54,675 nucleotides of DNA from a virus (taxonomy: Duplodnaviria; Caudoviricetes), in IMG/VR virus record IMGVR_UViG_3300012348_000137, positions 1-54,675 of that record, one strand, 5' to 3'. Both the position numbers and the translations under genes were made by a program. Below the pieces are notes generated by a model. That model had not been told where the DNA came from. It did no database searches and saw nothing but the letters and a program-made list of their open reading frames with translations. Positions 9,894 to 16,929 of this stretch are shown here, one piece after another; positions within the stretch are counted from its first letter, which is position 1; each line of letters begins with the position of its first letter.

Positions 9894-10042
9894 GTATCAT
9901 CTTGTTCATCCTTGCGTTTATGGCCGGTGCCCTTGCTGTCCTGTTTCTGTTCGGCCACGCGCGGACGGCCTTGGACGACGCGCGCTCTCTCGCCACCGTG
10001 TCAGTTGCGCTAAGCCTGCTCGCTCTCTGGCTGCAGACATAA
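9890..10042 (+). CDS. small two-TM membrane protein
   Basis: GTGA-coupled start; IILFILAFMAGALAVLFLF and LATVSVALSLLALWL. Confidence 0.6.
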   Translation: MSIILFILAFMAGALAVLFLFGHARTALDDARSLATVSVALSLLALWLQT

Positions 10043-10066
10043 CATTACCGATGCGTAATTCAGCAC

Positions 10067-10128
10067 AAAGCTGTTGACCTTCTGGGCCGCTGGCCCTACA
10101 TAGAGATCACCAACCGGGGCGCTGCCCC
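10067..10128 (+). promoter_or_regulatory. promoter/double-operator cassette, copy 3
   Basis: TTGACC(10074)-N17-TACATA; GGGCC-GCT-GGCCC 10084-10096; GGGGC-GCT-GCCCC 10116-10128. Confidence 0.8.
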
Positions 10129-10147
10129 ACAAGCTAAGGAGCATACC

Positions 10148-10549
10148 ATGGGCAACCGTGCAGTCATCACCACCGCGCCGCACAGTGTCAGCAACGTCGG
10201 CATCTACGTCCACTGGAACGGCGGCCGCGCCAGCGTCGAGGGCTTCCTCAAGGCCGCCCGCGAGCTGGATTACCGCGACCCTTCGCTGGACGACAGCTAC
10301 GCTATGGCGCGCCTGACACAGATCATCGGCACTTACTTCGGCGGCTCGGAGTCGCTCGGCATCGACGTAGTGCGCGACCTCGACGCGAACAATGGCGACA
10401 ACGGCGTATACGTCATCGGAGAGGGCTGGGAGATCGTCAGGCGCGTCCATGCCGACGCGGCGCACGACGAGGTTGACGCCGACAAGACCGACGCCATCGC
10501 GGCTCAGATCGTCGCTAGGGTGCGCGCCAGCGAGCAGGTGCCGGCATGA
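10148..10549 (+). CDS. conserved-type phage early protein (MGNRA...IYxHWNGG)
   Basis: AAGGAG SD; motif recalled from phage/ICE leading-region genes. Confidence 0.75.
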   Translation: MGNRAVITTAPHSVSNVGIYVHWNGGRASVEGFLKAARELDYRDPSLDDSYAMARLTQIIGTYFGGSESLGIDVVRDLDANNGDNGVYVIGEGWEIVRRVHADAAHDEVDADKTDAIAAQIVARVRASEQVPA

Positions 10550-10941
10550 GCCAGCGCCGCGCCGTCATCCACAACCGCCGCTTCTATTGGAAAGGCGAGG
10601 ACGGGCGCCTGTCGCCCATCCGCGTCACCGATAGGCTGCTCGCGCAGCTGCGGCAGCCGCACCTACAGACAAAGCAGCCGGTGGCGAACACCTCTGCGCG
10701 CAAGGCACCACCTACGCCGCGCGCGCCGGGCACTGGCCTGACGCTGCCTGCTGCCAACAAAGACATTGGCGATCAGACGCTAGACGAACTGGCCCGCGCT
10801 TATGGTTGGAGCAGCAGCTACCTTTTTGCCAACGCATTGCGAGAGCATCGCTTGGTGATTTATGAGCGAGCATGCTCCAACGGCTTCAAGCGCCGTTCTG
10901 CCAATCTGTTGGCAACGCCTAAGCTGGGAGATCACGCATGA
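10546..10941 (+). CDS. hypothetical protein
   Basis: ATGA coupling on both sides. Confidence 0.65.
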   Translation: MSQRRAVIHNRRFYWKGEDGRLSPIRVTDRLLAQLRQPHLQTKQPVANTSARKAPPTPRAPGTGLTLPAANKDIGDQTLDELARAYGWSSSYLFANALREHRLVIYERACSNGFKRRSANLLATPKLGDHA

Positions 10942-11408
10942 CGACTGAAGATGCGGCGCTGCTGCCGTGCCCGTTTTGTGACGATGCGGCACCTGTGCAA
11001 TACGCGCGTCGATACCCGATAGAGACAGACTGTGACAGCGTGCATGTCTATTGCGGCACCTGTGACGCGGTTGGCCCTGACTATCTGGTTGATATGGGCG
11101 ACACCGATGCCGAGCAGAACTGGCCAGAAGCCCACGCAAACGCCATCGCCGCATGGAACATCCGCGCCGGCCAGTCCGCCAGCGATGCTGGGCTGCTGGA
11201 GGCGTTGGGCGGCTTGATGCGCTGCCTGTTGCCTGTCCACATGGCGTTGATGCAACGCGAACTGGTGGACGATCCCTTGCCGCGCGAAGCCGTGTTGTTT
11301 TCGCACATGGGCAGCGGCTGTTCGGATAGCGTGACGGTTGGCGAATATCAGGACGCTACCGAAGCCGCCCGCGCAGCCATCGCCGCAGCGAAAGGAGAGA
11401 AAGCATGA
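10938..11408 (+). CDS. Lar-family restriction-alleviation-like zinc ribbon protein
   Basis: LLPCPFC...VYCGTCDAVGP...AIAAWN. Confidence 0.7.
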   Translation: MTTEDAALLPCPFCDDAAPVQYARRYPIETDCDSVHVYCGTCDAVGPDYLVDMGDTDAEQNWPEAHANAIAAWNIRAGQSASDAGLLEALGGLMRCLLPVHMALMQRELVDDPLPREAVLFSHMGSGCSDSVTVGEYQDATEAARAAIAAAKGEKA

Positions 11409-11608
11409 CTGATGAACAGATGAAGCGAATGGCCGAACGCTTCCTTGCGTGGAAGCTGCCTGATGATTTTAATCCAGACGGCGGCATTGGTTTTGATCGC
11501 CATGATCGAGAGGCATTTAACCGTTTGTATTGGCCAACCGGCACGAACCTGCTGACCTACACGCAGGCTTTGGCGATGGTAAATCACATGGTGGAAATCG
11601 AGAAATGA
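11405..11608 (+). CDS. hypothetical protein
   Basis: AGGAGA SD; ATGA coupling. Confidence 0.7.
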   Translation: MTDEQMKRMAERFLAWKLPDDFNPDGGIGFDRHDREAFNRLYWPTGTNLLTYTQALAMVNHMVEIEK

Positions 11609-11847
11609 GCGAGCCGGACTTTGCCAAATTAAGATCCACAGATGCACTGGTTTGCCGTCGTCATGTGGCCGGTGAAATGGGTGGCGCAACTGTGTGGTGC
11701 GTGTGCATCGCTGACGGCTTTCTGATCGAGTGTGGCTCAGAGCCTCTCAGTGAAGCCCGCGCCCACGCCTTGGCGCACATTATCAACAATAGCTTGCTTG
11801 CGGACACACTGTCTCGTGATGGGCTTGAAATGTGGAGGCCGGAATAA
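11605..11847 (+). CDS. hypothetical protein
   Basis: ATGA-coupled start MSEPDFAK. Confidence 0.6.
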   Translation: MSEPDFAKLRSTDALVCRRHVAGEMGGATVWCVCIADGFLIECGSEPLSEARAHALAHIINNSLLADTLSRDGLEMWRPE

Positions 11848-12098
11848 ACGAACCGATTGTCTTTCCCTGCCCAAGATGTGGCAGTGATGAAGTTAGCTAT
11901 GGTCACGGCGGGCCGCCCTGGTCGGCTAATGTTGAATGCCACAACGATGAGTGCCGGGCAATCATGTTGGACTATCAGAGCGAAAGCGAGGCAATTATTC
12001 TTTGGAATAAAGGCTTTTGGAACGGCCTAGTCTCCACCGATGATGATGGTTTTAACGTGTTCAATCCTGTCTCCGGTTTTCAGCCAAGAGGATCCTGA
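11832..12098 (+). CDS. second Lar-like zinc ribbon protein
   Basis: FPCPRCGS...VECHNDEC...EAIILWN. Confidence 0.6.
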   Translation: MEAGINEPIVFPCPRCGSDEVSYGHGGPPWSANVECHNDECRAIMLDYQSESEAIILWNKGFWNGLVSTDDDGFNVFNPVSGFQPRGS

Positions 12099-12101
12099 CC
12101 A

Positions 12102-12443
12102 ATGACTGACACAGCACAACTGCGGGCGCTGCTGGCGAAGATGACGCCGGGAGAGTGGGTTCCTGCGCCATATAGTTCGATGGTCGGTGCGCCAATCGTT
12201 GCCAGCCCCAGCGGACGCCCAGTGGCCAAAGTCACATATTTTCACCTTGGCCCTGAGTTCGACAACCACGACAGAGAGAGCGCAGCCAACGCAGCCGGCA
12301 TCGTCGCGCTTGTGAACGCCGCCGAACCGATGCTGGCCGAGATCGAGGCTTTGCGGGCGGAGGTGGCGCGGTTGCAAGCATCATTGGACGCCGCGTGGGC
12401 AGCGGCACTAATCCGCGCCGCCCTCGCAGGAGACCAGCCATGA
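12102..12443 (+). CDS. Ead/Ea22-like protein
   Basis: LRALLAKMTPGEW...ANAAGIVALVN..MLAEIEALR. Confidence 0.6.
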   Translation: MTDTAQLRALLAKMTPGEWVPAPYSSMVGAPIVASPSGRPVAKVTYFHLGPEFDNHDRESAANAAGIVALVNAAEPMLAEIEALRAEVARLQASLDAAWAAALIRAALAGDQP

Positions 12444-12775
12444 CCCCGCCGAATGACGCTGTAGAGCGGTTGCGCGCAATGCTGGCAGAGGACGCGCCTT
12501 GGTTCCAGATCAGCGATAGCGAAATCAGCGCCATCGTCACGCAGTTTGACCGGCTAGCCGCCGAGCGCGATGCCGCCGTGGCGCGGGCTGATGACGAGCG
12601 GGAAAAGGTGGTGGCGTTGCAATGTGCCGCCGTCGTCCACGCTTCAATGCTTCGAGGCAGCGTTGCCAAGCTATCAATGCGTTCATGGGCGCACACCCAT
12701 GCATTGACCAACCACGACAATTGGACGGCAATGACGCTGCAAGAAGCGGAAGATCACATCAGGAGCGCACCATGA
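12440..12775 (+). CDS. hypothetical protein
   Basis: AGGAGA SD; ATGA coupling. Confidence 0.65.
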   Translation: MTPPNDAVERLRAMLAEDAPWFQISDSEISAIVTQFDRLAAERDAAVARADDEREKVVALQCAAVVHASMLRGSVAKLSMRSWAHTHALTNHDNWTAMTLQEAEDHIRSAP

Positions 12776-13161
12776 CCACGGCTGACGAACTCAACGCCCT
12801 GGCGGCGCGGGTGACGCCGCTGGATGGGCCGGATCGGGAGGTTGATGCGGCAATTCAACGCGCTTGCGGTGTTGATGACGGCAGCTATTGGTTCATTGGG
12901 CCGAGTGGTGAGCACACGAAAGACGACATGGCTCCCGCCTACACCGCCTCCCTCGACGCGGCCATGTCGCTGGTGCCTGCCAGCAAAGACTGGAACGCTG
13001 GCTGGCAAGAGGAGGGCGTTTATCCGAACAGGGTAGTGCGCGGCACTGCTTGGGTTGACACTGGCACTCGCGTTTGGGCCGCCACCCCCGCCCTCGCCCT
13101 CACCGCAGCCGCGCTCCTCGCCCGCACAGCCGATCAGGAGAAACAAAATGGACGTTCGTGA
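12772..13161 (+). CDS. phage protein, ABA-sandwich-like
   Basis: GPDREVDAAI...PAYTASLDAAMSLVP...ATPALALTAAALLAR. Confidence 0.65.
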   Translation: MTTADELNALAARVTPLDGPDREVDAAIQRACGVDDGSYWFIGPSGEHTKDDMAPAYTASLDAAMSLVPASKDWNAGWQEEGVYPNRVVRGTAWVDTGTRVWAATPALALTAAALLARTADQEKQNGRS

Positions 13162-13369
13162 GATTGCCGCGAAGCTGACGAAGGCGCAGCGGCGGACAAT
13201 CATCGAAAGCCGTGGGTGTAGTTATTTTTACGCCCGTCGATTGAAAACAATACACTATTTATCGGCTTGGGGTCTATGCACGCGGCGTGGTGATTGGGAC
13301 ATGAAGGGCTATCTCACCCCGCTTGGTCTCGCCGTCCGCGCAGCCCTGCTCGAAAGCGAAACGCCGTGA
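13148..13369 (+). CDS. small wHTH-like protein
   Basis: AGGAG SD; KLTKAQRR...LTPLGLAVRAAL. Confidence 0.6.
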   Translation: MDVREIAAKLTKAQRRTIIESRGCSYFYARRLKTIHYLSAWGLCTRRGDWDMKGYLTPLGLAVRAALLESETP

Positions 13370-13406
13370 GCGGCCTAGACACCATTGAAGCCGGGGAGCA
13401 TCTACC

Positions 13407-13646
13407 GTGAAAGTCGTTCTAAACCCGCGCCACTTTCGCATCAGGACGCGCCCGGACGACGGCACGATCTGGCTGACCCATGAGCGCATAGGCGACCCGG
13501 TGCGCCCGATCCGCGACGTAACTAACGAATTGCTGCTGTGCCTGTGCGCTGACCTGTCAGCCGACAACGCCACGGCCAAGGTGGAGCGCAGCGTGCAATT
13601 CAGCGACGGCTGGCGCTGCAAGGTTACGGTTGAGGTGGAGCCTTAA
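13407..13646 (+). CDS. hypothetical protein
   Basis: GGGGAG upstream of GTG; continues the operon. Confidence 0.55.
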   Translation: MKVVLNPRHFRIRTRPDDGTIWLTHERIGDPVRPIRDVTNELLLCLCADLSADNATAKVERSVQFSDGWRCKVTVEVEP

Positions 13647-13686
13647 ACGGCCAGCGCGGCTACGCCCGCAACGAAAGGATGACCTG

Positions 13687-13878
13687 ATGGACGACGAAGA
13701 CTTCGCATCGCACGAGGAACTGGGCAGGGAGCTCGCTGAAGCAATTGACATGCTAGAAGGCCAGCGCAAGTTCGCCGGCGACATGGAGTGCGTGTTTGTC
13801 GTGCCACTTGAGGATGGCGACGAATACGAAGTCACGGTGCGCCGCAAGATCGAGCCGCCCAGCGAAGGGGATGGGTGA
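13687..13878 (+). CDS. small acidic hypothetical protein
   Basis: AAAGGA SD; ATG 13687. Confidence 0.6.
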   Translation: MDDEDFASHEELGRELAEAIDMLEGQRKFAGDMECVFVVPLEDGDEYEVTVRRKIEPPSEGDG

Positions 13879-14050
13879 TGACGCGGATACGCTTAATCAG
13901 TGACGGATTGCGCTGTTTACATTGCCGGTCTGTCCGCTCTCGTGACGGGACTTGCGGCTGCGACCTTGAAGCGGCGCAGCGAGACAGATTGCCTACCGTC
14001 TACCATGTGCGCGCTAAAGGCGTGGCCACACCCTCACCGGATCCGGCCGT

Positions 14051-14269
14051 TTAACGCGGGCAGTCCTTGTCGCACACGCAGGCCCACGCTGAGTTGTGCG
14101 CCTCGATGGCCTTCACCGTCTCGGCGGTGTCGGCCCGGCTGTCGTAGCAGATGGGCTTGGCGATGCGGCAGTAGTCACTGACCACCAGCGGCGCGGTCGA
14201 ACCGCTTACGCAGGCGCTCGTCGCGCACAGGATCGGCAGCAGCCACAGCCGCTTCAGCTTGCTCAACAC
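14051..14269 (-). CDS. outer-membrane spanin (Rz1-like lipoprotein)
   Basis: Basic N-terminus, LWLLPILCATSAC lipobox; overlaps the i-spanin 3' end in another frame. Confidence 0.75.
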   Translation of the reverse strand: MLSKLKRLWLLPILCATSACVSGSTAPLVVSDYCRIAKPICYDSRADTAETVKAIEAHNSAWACVCDKDCPR

Positions 14270-14393
14270 GTGCCTCCACCTCCTTGACGGCATCCAGCGC
14301 GGCCTCCTTGCGTCCCTGCTCGATGAGCGCGCGCTGCTTCCACCACGTCAGTATGGTGGCCAGCACGCTCAGCAGGGACGCAAGGATCTTCAC
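14175..14393 (-). CDS. inner-membrane spanin (Rz-like)
   Basis: N-terminal TM followed by coiled coil; downstream of the holin. Confidence 0.75.
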   Translation of the reverse strand: MKILASLLSVLATILTWWKQRALIEQGRKEAALDAVKEVEARVEQAEAAVAAADPVRDERLRKRFDRAAGGQ

Positions 14394-14397
14394 GCGG

Positions 14398-14565
14398 TCA
14401 GTCCTTGCGCTCAGCCATCACGACGGCAGCGAGGCCGGCAACGGCCATGACCACCGCAGAGATGGCCTGATACAGGGGCTCAGCGACGCCGAAAGCCGCC
14501 GCCAAGCCGGCGAGGCCGGCGTAGGTGCTCGGCTCACGCAAGCGCTTCAAAGCGAAATCGATCAT
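14398..14565 (-). CDS. putative holin, 55 aa (not in the ORF track)
   Basis: MIDFALKRLREPSTYAGLAGLAAAFGV...VVMAVAGLAAVVMAERKD; two TMs; GAGGAGGA SD. Confidence 0.75.
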   Translation of the reverse strand: MIDFALKRLREPSTYAGLAGLAAAFGVAEPLYQAISAVVMAVAGLAAVVMAERKD

Positions 14566-14598
14566 ATAGTCCTCCTCGTTGTTGACGCAGTACGCAAC

Positions 14599-15099
14599 TC
14601 AACCTTCGCCAGTCGTGTCAGCGGCGCGCACGGCCGCGATCTTCGCCGGCTCACCCATTGCCTGCCCGGTGGGCCAGCGCAGAGCGATCAGCCGGTCTCG
14701 CGTGAAGCGCCGCACATTGACAGCGTCGCCCTGATTGCCGCCAAGGATGTTCAGGCTGCCATCGGCGTTCACCGACTGCACGAACCCGACGTGGCCGCCG
14801 CCCTTGCGCTCGAAGACGGCGATGGCGCCCAGTGGCGGGTGCACTGCGCGGATCGATAATGGCTCACCCCACGTCGCCCATGCCTTGGCGCGGATGGCGA
14901 TGGGTGGCGGCTTCAGGCCGGCCTGATGCACGCACCACGCCGCGAACAGCCCGCACCACGGCACCGAGTCGGCCCCGTAGGCAATCCCCAAGATTTGAGC
15001 GCCGAGGCGGTTGCCCCACGTCATGATCGCCGGGTTGTTGCCCGCGCCGGGCACCTCGCGCTGGCCGATCAGGCTGCGCGCTTCAGTCATCCATCGCAT
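14599..15099 (-). CDS. endolysin, CHAP/NlpC-P60 (TIGR02594-like)
   Basis: VPWCGLF (Cys), GHVGFV (His), LGGNQGDAV; GGAGG SD before ATG 15099. Confidence 0.9.
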   Translation of the reverse strand: MRWMTEARSLIGQREVPGAGNNPAIMTWGNRLGAQILGIAYGADSVPWCGLFAAWCVHQAGLKPPPIAIRAKAWATWGEPLSIRAVHPPLGAIAVFERKGGGHVGFVQSVNADGSLNILGGNQGDAVNVRRFTRDRLIALRWPTGQAMGEPAKIAAVRAADTTGEG

Positions 15100-15150
15100 G
15101 CTCGCCTCCGAATTGAGCCTCGGGGGCACCTTACCACAAAACGACATACT

Positions 15151-15218
15151 GGGCCAACAGCCCACGAAATGGGCTTGACCGGGGTGGCCCAATGGCCCAT
15201 CTGGTGGCCATTGACCAC
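15151..15218 (+). promoter_or_regulatory. promoter of the XRE gene with three operator-like sites
   Basis: TTGACC(15175)-N17-CATCTG; GGGCC-AAC-AGCCC, GGCCC-AAT-GGCCC, TGGCC-ATT-GACCA. Confidence 0.6.
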
Positions 15219-15233
15219 CAAGAGGAGCAAAAC

Positions 15234-15461
15234 ATGGAAGCACCAATGAAGCCAGACGAGGTGCGCGACGCGCGCCATCGACTTGGGATGACACTTCATC
15301 AGCTGGCCTTGGCCTTGCGCATGGGCACGGACGGCAAGCGCGCCGTGCGGCGCTGGGAAGCGGGCGACCGCCAGATCAGCGGCCCGGCGAGCGTGGCGAT
15401 AGAGGCATTGCTGGCGGGCTGGCGCCCGGCGCATTCGGCATTGAACGAAGAGGGGGAGTGA
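15234..15461 (+). CDS. XRE-family HTH regulator
   Basis: VRDARHRLGMTLHQLALAL...VRRWEAGDRQISGP; GAGGAG SD. Confidence 0.85.
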   Translation: MEAPMKPDEVRDARHRLGMTLHQLALALRMGTDGKRAVRRWEAGDRQISGPASVAIEALLAGWRPAHSALNEEGE

Positions 15462-15826
15462 CAATGACGAAGTTCCACGACGAGCGCCTTGCGTGGCGCG
15501 ACATCCCGGTGCGCAGCGTGTTCGGCACGAGCGGCTCTGGGCACCATCTCGAGATGGCCGGCTACACGACACTGGGCGACATTCTCGCCGCGACAGACGA
15601 GGAATTGATCAGCCGCGTTATGAGCGTCGGCCCAGTGCGCGTCTCACGTATTCGAGCGCGCGCCCTTGCGGTTGCTCAAGTGGCGACACCGAAGGCGGTG
15701 CAGGACGCCGACGCGCCCCAGCTTGTATTCGATCCACCCCGGCCCGCATTAGATCCGCTGCTCATCATACCCGCTTTGCTGGCGGCCACCGCCGGTGGGT
15801 TTTTCCTCGCCCTATTGATTACATGA
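15458..15826 (+). CDS. alpha-CTD/HhH-like domain with C-terminal TM anchor
   Basis: HLEMAGYTTLGDILAATDEELISRVMSVGPVRVSRIR; LLIIPALLAATAGGFFLALLIT. Confidence 0.6.
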   Translation: MTMTKFHDERLAWRDIPVRSVFGTSGSGHHLEMAGYTTLGDILAATDEELISRVMSVGPVRVSRIRARALAVAQVATPKAVQDADAPQLVFDPPRPALDPLLIIPALLAATAGGFFLALLIT

Positions 15827-15833
15827 GGCGGGC

Positions 15834-15899
15834 AAAACCCTGTTGACAGGTGGGGCCGCTGGCCACTATAAGATGGCATCGACCACGGGGCAGCGCCCC
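15834..15899 (+). promoter_or_regulatory. promoter/double-operator cassette, copy 4
   Basis: AAAA-CCCTG-TTGACA(15843)-N18-TATAAG; GGGCC-GCT-GGCCA; GGGGC-AGC-GCCCC 15887-15899. Confidence 0.8.
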
Positions 15900-15918
15900 A
15901 CCAAACAGGGACTACATC

Positions 15919-16143
15919 ATGAGCTACTACAACATCGACGCCGACAAGGCCCACCGCAGCTTCAAGCGCCTCAAGGGCGGGCAGGTACGCATCCTGCAGC
16001 GCCACCTGCTGCGGGCCGTGGATCTGTACATGTCCTCACGCCATCTCAACGATGGCAGCGTCAACGTGTTGGCCCTGCGCCAGATGTCGGCGGTCTACGC
16101 CCTCGTTGCGCTCAAGCGCGAGCTGCAGGCTGAAGGATACTGA
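15919..16143 (+). CDS. hypothetical early protein
   Basis: ATG 15919 after AGGGA, first gene after cassette 4. Confidence 0.7.
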   Translation: MSYYNIDADKAHRSFKRLKGGQVRILQRHLLRAVDLYMSSRHLNDGSVNVLALRQMSAVYALVALKRELQAEGY

Positions 16144-16202
16144 GAGGAACACGGCATGGCCTTCGACATTGAGTATAGCTTGATCAGTCAGGTTCGCGCC
16201 GC

Positions 16203-16454
16203 ATGAGGGCGGTTGTCCCAGAGGGCATGACCCTCGGCGAGCTGGTCGACGAGTCCATCAACAACGCCGCCCAGTACGAACGAGACATGGCCGCTACATA
16301 CCTGCGCCGGGTCGCCGGCGAGTTGCCTGAGCTGCAGATCTTCCCGCCAGACATCACCGGCTTGGTTTCCGATCTGCTGCTCGACCTCGCCGACGACCTT
16401 AAGGCGTGTGAGCACTACGATGAAACTGCAGAAGAAGGAGTAACGATACAATGA
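16203..16454 (+). CDS. acidic hypothetical protein
   Basis: ATGA coupling on both sides. Confidence 0.6.
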   Translation: MRAVVPEGMTLGELVDESINNAAQYERDMAATYLRRVAGELPELQIFPPDITGLVSDLLLDLADDLKACEHYDETAEEGVTIQ

Positions 16455-16657
16455 GCCAGAGAAACCCCAACGAGATCCTGCGCGATGCGACCGAGGCCTT
16501 TGCCGAGCACGACAGGATACACGCCGCCATGTGCGCAGCTGAAGCCCGCGTGCAGGCCTTGTGCAGCGAATACGGAGAGGCGACCCGCCGCTGGGGCTAC
16601 GCGCCTCATCACCTGCGCCGGGCCGTCGACGTGCACGCCGGCAAGGTCGCGGCGTGA
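16451..16657 (+). CDS. hypothetical protein
   Basis: AAGGAG SD; coupled to neighbours. Confidence 0.65.
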   Translation: MSQRNPNEILRDATEAFAEHDRIHAAMCAAEARVQALCSEYGEATRRWGYAPHHLRRAVDVHAGKVAA

Positions 16658-16929
16658 TGGCTGAGCTCACAGGCGGCAGCGTCGACTACTACAAAGTGCA
16701 GGTGGCGCGGCCGACGTCTGGCGGCGAGCCATACATGGCAGAGTGCAACGACATCATCGAGGCACTGCGGATGGAGGCCGACGTGTCGAACGTCTTCAAG
16801 GCGGCGTGGCGCGTGGCCGCGCTGCGACAGGGCCGAGGCAAGCCGGGGCAGGAAAGCGCAGTCTACGACGGAGAGAAGATCGTGTTCTTCGGGCAGCGTA
16901 TTGTGGAGCGGGCGAAGGACGCGGGTTAG
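16657..16929 (+). CDS. DUF3310/SaV-like phage protein
   Basis: GGSVDYY...ECNDIIEAL...NVFKAAWR...K...YDGEKIVFF. Confidence 0.6.
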   Translation: MAELTGGSVDYYKVQVARPTSGGEPYMAECNDIIEALRMEADVSNVFKAAWRVAALRQGRGKPGQESAVYDGEKIVFFGQRIVERAKDAG

